From assembly GCA_965224245.1 (NCBI GenBank), contig OZ245046.1, positions 288,001 to 352,000 of the forward strand: 64,000 bases of DNA. Direction: 5' to 3'. The stretch is from Candidatus Eiseniibacteriota bacterium. Its GTDB lineage: Bacteria > Eisenbacteria > RBG-16-71-46 > CAZAMP01. Each line of letters opens with the position of its first letter. Positions within the stretch are counted from its first letter, which is position 1. Below, piece by piece: positions 30,960 to 40,422 of this stretch. Under the pieces are notes generated by a model that saw nothing but the letters and a program-made list of their open reading frames with translations, searched no databases and had not been told where the DNA came from. Position numbers and translations under genes: made by a program.

Positions 30960-31325
30960 ATGCGCATGAAGCAGCTCGTGGAGACGTGGTTCGCGTCATG
31001 GGAGGCGGGAGACGTGCAGGAGATCCCGGTCGATCCGGACTTCCGGCACGTGAGCCCCTACGGAACGATCGAGGGGAGGGACGCGTACCTCTCGCTCGTC
31101 GAGGCCAACCTCGACAGCTTCCTGGGGCATCGGTTCGAGATCCGCGATGCGTTGTATGAGTCCGACCGGGCCTGCGTCCGGTACACCACGTCCAAGGGGG
31201 ACTGGTCGATGGAAGTGGCCGAGTGGTTCTACCTCGGCCACGACCGGATCGGCGAGATCGTGTCCTACTACAACGTGGGACGCGCCAGCTACGCGGAATC
31301 GTTCGACCGGCCCCCCGATCGGTGA
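30960..31325 (+). CDS. SnoaL/NTF2-like domain protein
   Basis: LVETWFASWEAGD...DFRHVSPYGTIEGRDAY...EIVSYY. Confidence 0.75.
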   Translation: MRMKQLVETWFASWEAGDVQEIPVDPDFRHVSPYGTIEGRDAYLSLVEANLDSFLGHRFEIRDALYESDRACVRYTTSKGDWSMEVAEWFYLGHDRIGEIVSYYNVGRASYAESFDRPPDR

Positions 31326-31377
31326 GACGGCCGATGCTCGTCGTCGGGGCGGCCGGACGCGATGCCGTCGCGGGACC

Positions 31378-32019
31378 CTATCGACGTCGAAGCGACGACT
31401 CGGCGTCGATCAGCAATGCCTTTAACGTCGCAAAGCTGTCCGCGTCCCCGAGCGAGTGCTCGGTGAGATTGTAGGTGGCCACCGGCCGGTTCTCCCCATC
31501 CAGCACCAGCACGTCGCGGTATTCGATCGGCCAGACCGACCACACGTCCTCCTCGGGAACGTCCTGGAGCCACGGGAGCGTGCGCCCGTTGCACATCTCC
31601 TCGTTCCCCGACTCGAGACCGATTCCATTGATCCCCAGAATGTTGATCTCGTCGTGCCCCTCGGACGCGAGCTCCGCCTGCATCGTGTTCAGGTAGCCGA
31701 ACTGGCTACGACAGTAGCCTCACGTGGCGTGCCCGAAGTACCAGGCCGACACGCGGCCCTCGAACGTGCGCGGAGACACGGACTCGTCGTGAGTGGCCGA
31801 GTTGGGGTTCACGTCGGTCAGCGAGAAGTCGGAGACGACCTCGGCGCCGCCGGTGTCCCCGGTAGGGTCGGCAGGCGCCTTCTGCTCGTCCGAACACCCG
31901 AGCGTCGCGACGAGCGCGAGCGTCGAGATCACGGAGATCGGGGCGAAGGACCGAGGCGCGTCGATCCGGCGATGCCGGAGGCGACGAGCACGACGTCGAA
32001 GCAAAGACAGGACACTCAT
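31378..32019 (-). CDS. Thioredoxin-fold (AhpC/TSA/redoxin-like) lipoprotein, probable selenoprotein (UxxC; TGA at 31720-31722)
   Basis: ORFs 31720..32136 and 31378..31683 are one frame joined as WYFGHAT-U-GYC-RSQFGYLNTMQAEL; lipobox ATLGC; DFSLTDVN; INILGIN. Confidence 0.85.
31693..31709 (-). promoter_or_regulatory. SECIS-like hairpin
   Basis: mRNA GUAGCC-AGUUC-GGCUAC starting 10 nt after the UGA. Confidence 0.6.
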
Positions 32020-32109
32020 GTTGGCAACCGTCCTCGAAGAGGCCTTCCACCCACACACCCCGGGCCAGAGGCGCGTGGTCCATCCAGTGGAGATCGTATC
32101 GCAGGATGA

Positions 32110-32757
32110 CCGTCGATGGCACGTGCAGCCGCTCAAGCCATCTCGCGCCGTCGGACTCGACGGCCACCTCGAGCCGCAGATCGAAGGGCTCGCCGTCCTG
32201 CCGCTGGGTGATGGTGACCGAGAGCCCGTCGGCCGACTCCTGCCACGTGTGGGTGAGCACGGGCGCCCCGGTTCGATCCAGCCAGATCGGCGTCGGGAGC
32301 CGCCTCGCGGAAGGTCGCGCGCACGTCGTCGAGCGTCATGATCCGTCCGGCGAACCGATCGATCAGCTCCCGCAGCGTGGCGAAGAAGCGATCGTCACCG
32401 ATCCGGTGCCGGAGCATGTGGTAGACCCAGTGACCCTTGGCATCGGACAGCGTGTGATCGACGCGGCCCCCGGACTCCAGCGTGGAGAGCGGCTCGTCCG
32501 CTCCTTCGCGGCAGAGCCCGACGTACCCGCGCGCGCACTGGCTGGCCACGTATCCGGGATGGGAGAAGCGCAGGGTCCATCGGTACCCACGGTGTTCCCC
32601 CACCAGGCATGGGCCGCCTCGTGGGCGAACAGCGGGAGGTCGCCGCGGGGAACCGCGAGAAACCCCGGCTCACCATGATGAACCCCTGCTCGGAGAAGGC
32701 GCCGAACGCGCCCTGATCGGCGGGGATCTCGGCGATCGCGTAGCTCGGCGGCGGCAT
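32110..32757 (-). pseudogene. Degraded M1-family aminopeptidase remnant
   Basis: Fragments over successive frames: SYAIAEIP...SEQGFIMV / LFAHEAAHAWWGN / AKGHWVYHMLRHRIGDDRFFATLR / VTITQRQDGEPFDLRLEV. Confidence 0.75.
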
Positions 32758-32857
32758 CGCACCCCCGGGTCGAGCGGCGTCGGTCGACGGGGCGGGCGAC
32801 ACGGACGACCGGAGCGGGTTCGATCGCCGGTCGGGAGTCAGGGGCGACGTCGATGGT

Positions 32858-35689
32858 ATGATTCGGCGTGTCCACGACGTTCCCGCCGACCCCAACCCCG
32901 GAGGCCCTGTCGTGAGACGAGCCACCATCGTGTCGTACGCCTCGTGTGCACTCGCGACGCTCCTCGTCTTCAGTGTCGTCTCGATCCGCTCGACGCCCCC
33001 CGGCGAGTCGAGGCTGCGGATACGATCCGCACGTGACGTCGTGGAGGAGCGGCTGGCCGCGAGGGGCACGACCGATGCGCCTCGGTCGCACCCGGATCTC
33101 GCGGGCGCCTTTCTGCGCGCGCAGCGCGTCACTCCCGACGGCGTGCTCCCGATGCAGGATCTATACGATCGCTTTCGCGAGATCCGTGCTCGCGAGTCGC
33201 GCGCGCGAGGCACGCTACCCGGCGGCATCCTCGGCTGGCAGTCGATCGGACCGGGCAACGTTGGAGGACGCACCCGCGCCATCGCGATCGATCCGACCGA
33301 TCCGGACCGGATGTTCGCCGCGGGCGTCGCCGGCGGCATCTGGCGATCCCACGACGCCGGGGCGAGCTGGATGCCGGTCGACGACCTGATGCTGAACCTC
33401 GCCGTGTGCACGCTCGCGATCGACCCGACGAACCCCGACGTCTTGTACGCCGGGACCGGTGAAGGCTTCGGCAACGGCATCTTTCTCGACGGCCTGGGCA
33501 TCTTCAAGTCGATCGACGGCGGCTTCTCGTTCGAGCAGCTGCCGGCCACCGCGCCCGCGGTCACCTCGGCGTTCTCGTACGTGAACGATCTCGTGATCAG
33601 TCCCAACGACCCGACCCGTCTGTACGCGGCGACGCGCCACGGCGTGTTCCGAAGCGAGGACGCCGGTGGCAGCTGGAACGTCGTCCTGGCCAATCCGTTC
33701 TACGATGGGACACCGCCCACCTCGAACGGCTGCACGCTCGGCTGCACGGACATCGCCGTACGCACCGACTCGGAGCCGGACGTGATCCTGGCGGCGTTCG
33801 GGAGTCAACAGGCCGACGGGCTCTTTCGCAGCGACGACGGTGGCGACTCGTGGGTCGCGTACTCGGTGCCGTCCTACCAGGGCCGGATGACGATCGCCAT
33901 CTCCCCGACCGACAACGATCGCATCTACCTCGGCATGGCCGACAACGGCGGGCTCGCGCAGTACGGTCGGCTCGTGGGAATCTTCCGGGCGGACGACGGC
34001 GTCAACTTCACCTACGTGCAGGATCCCGATCACAGGTTCACGCCCTGGCTGTTCAGCTACTCCTCGATCGCGCTGGGATGTCTGACCGGCTATCCGATCT
34101 ACTCGCAAGGATGGTACGACCAGGTCATCGCGGTGGATCCGGTCGACCCGGACCGGCTCTTCCTCGGCGGGATCGATCAGTTTCGAAGCGACGACGCCGG
34201 GGTCACCTTCGGCATGACCGGCTATCTGTTCTTTCGGGGCCAGGATCCTCCGTATCCGCACTACATCCACGTCGACCAGCACGCGATCGTCTTTCATCCC
34301 GGATACGACGGCATGGGGAACCAGACGATGTACGTCGGCAACGATGGCGGGCTGTGGCGAACCGACAACGCGCGCGCGGCCTCCACGGAGGAGGAGTGTC
34401 CGATCGCGGACGACCCCGGCCCGCCGCCCGCGGTCGAGTGGACGTCGCTGAACAACGGCTACGCCGTCACGCAGTTCTATCACGGGTCCGTCGCGCGGGG
34501 GGCGGACGTCTATATCGGGGGCGCACAGGACAACGGCTCGAGCCGCGTGCGATCCACGGCGACGCCCGACGACTGGGAGGAGATCTTCGGCGGCGACGGT
34601 GGCTACACGGCGATCGATCCCACCGACGCCGACGTCATGTACGTCGAGATCCAGGGGTTTCCGACGATCGAGAAGTCCATCGACGGGGGCGAGACGTTCA
34701 CGCCGGCCGTGAACGGGATCACCGACACGGACGGACTGTTCATCACACCGTTCGCGATGGACCCGAACGATCCCGACGTTCTCTGGACCGGAGGTCAGCG
34801 GCCGTGGCGGACGACCGACGGCGCCGCGCTGTGGCGGGTCGCGGGGCCGAACTTCGGGGCGACCAGCCAGATGTCGGCCATCGGCATCTCGCCACTGGAC
34901 GGCAACATCGTGTACGTCGGGTTCGCCAACGGATACGTCATGCGAACCACCGACGGGCTCTCCGAGTCACCGTCGTGGAGCCTCGTGTCGAGTGGACTTC
35001 CCATCGGAGCGTGGGTCAGCAGCGTGGCGGTGGACCCGCTGGATCCGGACGTCGCATACGCCACGTACAGCTCCTCGGGCGTTCCTCACATCCATCGAAC
35101 CGAGGACGGCGGTGCCTCGTGGACCGGGATCGACGGGATCGCCGAGTCGGGCGTTCCCGACATCCCCGTGCACTGGCTCGCGGTGCGGCCCAACTTCCGA
35201 TCGACGCTCTACGCAGGGACGGAGTTCGGCGTGTTCGCGAGCGAGGACACCGGCACCACGTGGCAGCCGGCCAACCAGGGACTTGCGCACACCGTGGTCG
35301 AGGCCCTCGCGTTTCGGGACGAGAACACGCTGGTCGCGTTCTCGTTCGGTCGCGGCGCGTTCGTGACGTCGCTGGATCCCGTGGTGGCGGTCCCCCCGGC
35401 CGACGTCGCGCGTCTGGAACCGGTTCTCTCGGTCGGAGGGACGCCGGTGCTGGGTGGCGCGACGCTACGCGTGGACGTCGCTCGGGACGCCGACGCCACG
35501 GTCTCGTTGCACGACGTGAGGGGCCGGCGGGTGGCCGTCGTCCACGACGGAGCCCTGGAACGCGGCCGGACCGAGCTTCGCTGGGATGGACGCACGAGCT
35601 CGGGCGAGGCCGCCGCCGCCGGCACGTATCTGGTGCGCCTCGAGATCGAAGGGCGGGTGCTCACCGAGAAGCTCGTGCTGCTGCGGTAG
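32858..35689 (+). CDS. Secreted BNR/VPS10-type beta-propeller (glycosyl-hydrolase-like) protein with FlgD-Ig tail
   Basis: WQSIGPGNVGGRTRAIA; multiple Asp-boxes (SxDxGxSW); HVDQH; GGAQDNG; GGDGG; WDGR...GTYLVRL. Confidence 0.9.
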   Translation: MIRRVHDVPADPNPGGPVVRRATIVSYASCALATLLVFSVVSIRSTPPGESRLRIRSARDVVEERLAARGTTDAPRSHPDLAGAFLRAQRVTPDGVLPMQDLYDRFREIRARESRARGTLPGGILGWQSIGPGNVGGRTRAIAIDPTDPDRMFAAGVAGGIWRSHDAGASWMPVDDLMLNLAVCTLAIDPTNPDVLYAGTGEGFGNGIFLDGLGIFKSIDGGFSFEQLPATAPAVTSAFSYVNDLVISPNDPTRLYAATRHGVFRSEDAGGSWNVVLANPFYDGTPPTSNGCTLGCTDIAVRTDSEPDVILAAFGSQQADGLFRSDDGGDSWVAYSVPSYQGRMTIAISPTDNDRIYLGMADNGGLAQYGRLVGIFRADDGVNFTYVQDPDHRFTPWLFSYSSIALGCLTGYPIYSQGWYDQVIAVDPVDPDRLFLGGIDQFRSDDAGVTFGMTGYLFFRGQDPPYPHYIHVDQHAIVFHPGYDGMGNQTMYVGNDGGLWRTDNARAASTEEECPIADDPGPPPAVEWTSLNNGYAVTQFYHGSVARGADVYIGGAQDNGSSRVRSTATPDDWEEIFGGDGGYTAIDPTDADVMYVEIQGFPTIEKSIDGGETFTPAVNGITDTDGLFITPFAMDPNDPDVLWTGGQRPWRTTDGAALWRVAGPNFGATSQMSAIGISPLDGNIVYVGFANGYVMRTTDGLSESPSWSLVSSGLPIGAWVSSVAVDPLDPDVAYATYSSSGVPHIHRTEDGGASWTGIDGIAESGVPDIPVHWLAVRPNFRSTLYAGTEFGVFASEDTGTTWQPANQGLAHTVVEALAFRDENTLVAFSFGRGAFVTSLDPVVAVPPADVARLEPVLSVGGTPVLGGATLRVDVARDADATVSLHDVRGRRVAVVHDGALERGRTELRWDGRTSSGEAAAAGTYLVRLEIEGRVLTEKLVLLR

Positions 35690-35713
35690 CTCGCCGCCGA
35701 CCGAGAGCGCTGA

Positions 35714-36139
35714 TCAGCCGTTGATCAACCGGGCGACGATTCCATCGCCATCGGGCCCGCTGCTCGCGTCGTTGCCGTACGCCTCGATCACGTAGACACC
35801 GGAGAGCCCGTCGAACGTGTATCCGACGTTGCCCCGGGAGAACGTGCCCGTGGGTCCGATCGTGATGTGGGCGCCGGTGAACGGATTCTCCGGGAAGATG
35901 TTGCCGCCGAAGATCTCGGGATAGAACTCGGTGGCATCCGCGGGATACCGGGAGTGGGCGATCTGGAACATCTCGGTCGCCATCTGGACCGTGTGAGCGA
36001 CCGCTTGCACGCGACTCTCGCGGGCTCTCACCACGTTCTTCTGGTAGGTGAACATGGCGATGAGAGCGAGTATGCCCAGGATGCTGACCGCCACGGTCAG
36101 CTCCAGGATCGTGAATCCGCGACGACCTCGCTGGAGCAT
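35714..36139 (-). CDS. Type IV pilin / type II secretion pseudopilin
   Basis: AAGGAG RBS; prepilin cleavage motif RRG|FTILELTVAVSILGILALIA; NPFTG. Confidence 0.9.
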   Translation of the reverse strand: MLQRGRRGFTILELTVAVSILGILALIAMFTYQKNVVRARESRVQAVAHTVQMATEMFQIAHSRYPADATEFYPEIFGGNIFPENPFTGAHITIGPTGTFSRGNVGYTFDGLSGVYVIEAYGNDASSGPDGDGIVARLING

Positions 36140-36265
36140 ATGATGGTTCTCCTTCCCCAACGATTGATCGACCGCGGCCCGTGGTTCTTCACCCGCAGTG
36201 TCGCCCGCGATACGGGCCCGGGCGGTGCACCGGACGGCGGCGCCGGGGTCAAGACGGCTCGATGG

Positions 36266-36296
36266 CCATAATTCGTTTATTGGGAACGAGTTATGG
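36266..36296. promoter_or_regulatory. AT-rich inverted repeat in divergent intergenic region
   Basis: CCATAATTCGTT-N7-AACGAGTTATGG (11/12 match). Confidence 0.55.
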
Positions 36297-36509
36297 AATT
36301 GACCGTGCGCGGTCGAGGGCGGGCGCATCCCTCGCCCGCGGCATCGCCACCGAATTTGATGCAGCCGCATCATGGCGGCGGTTCCGTGTTTCCCCGACGA
36401 TGACTGGACGCTCGCCCCGACGGCGTTGCCCCCGCGCGTTCCAGCCACTGGACTGCCCCGGGACCGCCGGCGTGGGTGACCACGGGTTCGTCGAGGGATT
36501 GGAGTCGGA

Positions 36510-37043
36510 ATGGCCGAGCACACCCGACACTCGATCGACGCGAACCGGCGGCCGGATGCCGACGCCGCCGGGAAACACATCGGAACGCATCCGCCCCCGC
36601 ACCGGCGGGTGTTTGCAATCTCGGCGGCCATCCTCGTCCTGGCCGGCGCGATCCTCGTGATCGGGGTGATCCCGGCCGTCGAGACCGACACGTACCCGAG
36701 GGCCGATCCGGTGAGGGCGGCGCGCGCCTTCCAGGTGAACGTCGGGATCAGCCTGCTGGCCGCGGTGGCCCTCCTCCTCGGGGGAGTGCCGCTGATGCGG
36801 AAGGGACGGGGGGGACGGTCGCTTCTCACCCTGCTCGGGGTCGTCGTTCTCGTGGCCGGACTCGCGCTCGTCGACGCGACCGGTGCCTTCGGATCTCACG
36901 GGCCGCACATGCGCGTCGCCAGGGTGTTCATGGGACTCGGAGCCGCCGCGGAGCTCTCGGCGGGCGTCCTGACCTGCGTGGCCGCACTGCGATCCACCGA
37001 GAAACCTTCGACCGGCACGCTGCAGAGCGATTCGACGGGATAG
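36510..37043 (+). CDS. Hypothetical 4-TM membrane protein
   Basis: GGAG RBS; four hydrophobic segments. Confidence 0.65.
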   Translation: MAEHTRHSIDANRRPDADAAGKHIGTHPPPHRRVFAISAAILVLAGAILVIGVIPAVETDTYPRADPVRAARAFQVNVGISLLAAVALLLGGVPLMRKGRGGRSLLTLLGVVVLVAGLALVDATGAFGSHGPHMRVARVFMGLGAAAELSAGVLTCVAALRSTEKPSTGTLQSDSTG

Positions 37044-37190
37044 CACCCGAGGCCGCAGCACCACGCCGAACGCGCGGCTCCATCGCGATCCGACGTTGGG
37101 CGTCCGCGGGCACGTGAGGTAAGCTCGTGCTTCAACGACCTCGATCTCCTCACTGCGTGTGCCGCTACGGCCCGCTGGATCCACGACGGC

Positions 37191-39464
37191 ATGGACGTTC
37201 CCTCGCGCATCGCGCACTACCGTGTGGAAGAGAAGCTCGGCCAGGGGGCCATGGGTGTCGTGTTTCGAGCATTCGACACCCGCCTCGAGCGTCCCGTCGC
37301 ATTGAAGCTCATCGCCGATGGGGACGACTCACCGGCCGGGCGCGCGCGAACGCTGCGGGAGGCCAGAGCCTCGTCCGCGCTGAACCATCCCAACATCTGC
37401 ACGGTGTACGACGCGGCCGAGGAAGGTGCGGTCGCATTCATCGTGCTCGAGCTCGTGGACGGCGAGTCACTATCGAGCCTCGTGAGGCGGCGGCGCTTCG
37501 ACGCGGCGGAGGTGCTCGCGATCGGGCGGCAGATAGCCGATGCGCTCGCCCATGCCCACGCTCGCGGTGTGGTTCACCGGGACCTCAAGTGCGGAAACGT
37601 GGTTCTGACCTCCGACGGAAAGCCCAAGGTCCTCGACTTCGGCCTCGCGGCCGTCACCCCCGAGGTCGCGACCGCGGACGGCGAGACCGTCTCGCTGCGC
37701 ACCTCCAGCACGGCGGGGATGATCGTCGGTACCCTGCCCTACATGTCCCCGGAGGTGCTGCGGGGCAACCGCGCGGATGCGTTCGCCGATCTGTGGGCGC
37801 TCGGCGTGATGATCTTCGAGATGACGACGGGGCGGCTGCCGTTCACCGGCCGTACGCCCTTCGAGGTGAGCGCGGAGATCCTGAGCGGCCGGATTCCGGA
37901 GGCTCACCCCGACACTCCCTCGGGGCTGCGGGATCTGGTCCACCGGGCGCTCGCGCTCGAGCAGGCTCGGCGGTTTCCGGACGCCGAGTCCTTCCGCGAC
38001 GCCATCGGCGCACTCGTCAACTCCGGCGAGGAGCACGCATCCGACGCACGGCCGACGCGCGTGCGATCGCTGGCCGTTCTGCCGCTGCAGAATCTCTCGA
38101 ACGATCCCGGTGAGGAGTACTTCGCCGACGGCATGACCGAGGCCATCACCACGGCTCTCGCATCGGTGCGCGATCTGCGCGTCGTGTCGCGAACGTCGGC
38201 CATCCGGTTCAAGGACGTGTCGCGGCCGCTCCCGGACATCGCCCGCGCGCTCCGGGTGGACGCGATCGTCGAGGGCGCGGTCCTTCGCTCGGAGAGCCGC
38301 GTGCGCGTGAGCGTCCGGCTGATTCACGCCGACGCCGACGAGCTGGTCTGGGCGGGCTCCTACGACCGGGAGCTGCGCGACGTCCTCACGCTTCAGCTCG
38401 AGGTGTCGCGCGCCGTCGTGAACGAGATCGAGGTGGCCGTGAGCGCCGAGGAGCGCGCGCGACTGGACGCGGCCGAGGCGATCGATCCCGAGGCCTACGA
38501 GGCGTACATGCGGGGTCGACACGCGCTCGGCGTGCGCACATCCGCGAGCCTGGTGCGTGCGATCGGTCACTTCGAGTCCGCGATCGACCGGGCGCCGGGC
38601 TTCGCGCCGGCGCTCGCGTCCCTGGCGGAGTGCCACAACGTCCTGGGCTTTCAGGGGGGGCGCCCTCCACGGGACTCGTATCGGCCGGCCGGGGTGCTGG
38701 CGCGCCGGGCGCTGGAGCTCGCGCCCGATCTGGCCCCGGCGTACGTCTCGCTCGGCTACACGGCCCTCCATCACGATCAGCGGTGGCAGGAGTCCCAGGA
38801 CGCGTTCCGGCAGGGCCTTCGGCTCGATCCCGGAAGCGCGACGGGCCACCACTGGTATGCCCTGTTCCACGCCAGCGTCGGTCACCACGAGCTCGCGGTG
38901 ACCACGATGGCGTCGGCTCGCGATCTCGATCCGCTCTCGTCGATCATCGGAACCGCGATGGGCCTCGTGCTCCAGTTCGCCTGCCGGTTCGACGAGGCGA
39001 TCGAGGAGTTCGAGCGGGTCCTGAGCGAGGACCCGGGCTTCTGGGCGGCGGTGGTCTGGCGGGCGATGACGCTGACCTACGCCGGTGAGCCGAAGGACGC
39101 GATGAAGACGCTCCTGCCCGTGCTCGAGACGTTCGGTCGATCCCCGGTCGTGGTCGCCGCGCTGGGCGAGGCGGCGGCGCGCGCGGGGGACGACGCGACC
39201 GCGCGATCGGCGCTGGCGGAGCTCCGGGGACCGTCCCGCGACCACTACGTGCGGCCGTACGATCGGGCGAAGGTGCTCATCGCGCTCGGCGAGCCCGACG
39301 CGGCGCTGGCCGAGCTCGAGCTGGCGCTGGCCGAGGGCGGAAACTGGCTCAACTACCTTCGCGTGGATCGGGCCATGGACGCGCTGCGGGATGACGACCG
39401 GTTTTGTCGCCTTCTCGCCGACGTGTACCGGACGGCACCGGACGCCGGGCCGGACCCCCGCTAG
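37191..39464 (+). CDS. Cytoplasmic Ser/Thr kinase with TolB-N-like domain and TPRs
   Basis: GQGAMGVV, HRDLKCGN, DFG, GTLPYMSPE; SLAVLPLQNLS...EYFADGMTE...SRTS; TPRs. Confidence 0.92.
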   Translation: MDVPSRIAHYRVEEKLGQGAMGVVFRAFDTRLERPVALKLIADGDDSPAGRARTLREARASSALNHPNICTVYDAAEEGAVAFIVLELVDGESLSSLVRRRRFDAAEVLAIGRQIADALAHAHARGVVHRDLKCGNVVLTSDGKPKVLDFGLAAVTPEVATADGETVSLRTSSTAGMIVGTLPYMSPEVLRGNRADAFADLWALGVMIFEMTTGRLPFTGRTPFEVSAEILSGRIPEAHPDTPSGLRDLVHRALALEQARRFPDAESFRDAIGALVNSGEEHASDARPTRVRSLAVLPLQNLSNDPGEEYFADGMTEAITTALASVRDLRVVSRTSAIRFKDVSRPLPDIARALRVDAIVEGAVLRSESRVRVSVRLIHADADELVWAGSYDRELRDVLTLQLEVSRAVVNEIEVAVSAEERARLDAAEAIDPEAYEAYMRGRHALGVRTSASLVRAIGHFESAIDRAPGFAPALASLAECHNVLGFQGGRPPRDSYRPAGVLARRALELAPDLAPAYVSLGYTALHHDQRWQESQDAFRQGLRLDPGSATGHHWYALFHASVGHHELAVTTMASARDLDPLSSIIGTAMGLVLQFACRFDEAIEEFERVLSEDPGFWAAVVWRAMTLTYAGEPKDAMKTLLPVLETFGRSPVVVAALGEAAARAGDDATARSALAELRGPSRDHYVRPYDRAKVLIALGEPDAALAELELALAEGGNWLNYLRVDRAMDALRDDDRFCRLLADVYRTAPDAGPDPR

Positions 39465-39627
39465 AGCGCCGCGTGCCTTTGGCCCTCGAAGTCCCTGCCC
39501 GGCTGTTGGTTACAGCTTCATTGCGCTTCCGCGCCCCGGAATTCGAACTGTACGGCGGAGGACCGAAAGCCGGAGATCGGACCCACTCCGATCTCTCGAC
39601 GAGAGTCACAACGCCAAGGAGCACTTG

Positions 39628-40149
39628 ATGAAGTCCCAGATCATCCGTCTGGCGATGCTGATCGCCACCATCATCACCGTCTCGACCGCCACCGCGACGG
39701 CCGAGGTTTCCCAGGTCCCGGTGGTTCGACTCGAGGCCTCGCTCGCCATCGATGCGTCCCCCGCCGACGTGTGGTCGCACATGGTCTCCGGGTCGAACAT
39801 CGGCTGGTGTCCGTACTGGAAAGTCGCCGCGAACGACGGGCACGCCGACCTGGCGCGGGTCGGGGACGTGCTCGACTTCGTCGACGACTGGGGCGGTGGT
39901 GGCCAGTCCATCGTGACGTACTTCGAACCCGGCAAGGAGCTCCGGATCGCGCACGAGCCGCGAGACGGGTCCTACGTCTGTCAGTCCAAGCTCATTCTGA
40001 GCGCGACCGGGACCGGAACCACGATCCACTACGTCGAGCAGTACACCGACGAGAGCGACGCGGCGACGCTGGCCGACACCGCCGGTAAGATGCAGACTCA
40101 GATGGAGTCGACGCTGGCGGCGATTCGCAAGGGCGTCGAGGCGCACTGA
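39628..40149 (+). CDS. Secreted SRPBCC/START-like protein
   Basis: AAGGAG RBS; signal peptide; IDASPADVW...VTYFEPGKEL...GTTIHY. Confidence 0.75.
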   Translation: MKSQIIRLAMLIATIITVSTATATAEVSQVPVVRLEASLAIDASPADVWSHMVSGSNIGWCPYWKVAANDGHADLARVGDVLDFVDDWGGGGQSIVTYFEPGKELRIAHEPRDGSYVCQSKLILSATGTGTTIHYVEQYTDESDAATLADTAGKMQTQMESTLAAIRKGVEAH

Positions 40150-40422
40150 GCCCGGCGATCACCCGATGCCGCTGCCCATCGCACGCGTGTGACGGTTCGT
40201 CGCGACGGTCGCGATGGACCGTCACGCGCCCTTCCGTGTTCCTCCGTGTCCCTTCCTGCCCGCCGCCGATGCGCCGAGGCCAGACCGGGGCCGCGACCAG
40301 CCCCCGGCTCCATCCACCCGCCCACGGCCCCGGGCCGCGGGTTGCATCGCCCGGTGCCCCGAGTCCGCGGCCTCGCGGACGCCGTGGTACCATTACGTGA
40401 ACGCAGCTCATCAGGAGTGACC

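Noticed and set aside
37575-37600. HRDLKCGN as a pseudokinase sign
   Set aside because: Catalytic Asp, Lys and Asn, the DFG and the VALK lysine are all intact.
39573-39595. 9-bp hairpin GAGATCGGA-CCCAC-TCCGATCTC upstream of the SRPBCC gene
   Set aside because: Real, but has no U-tract and no evidence of function.
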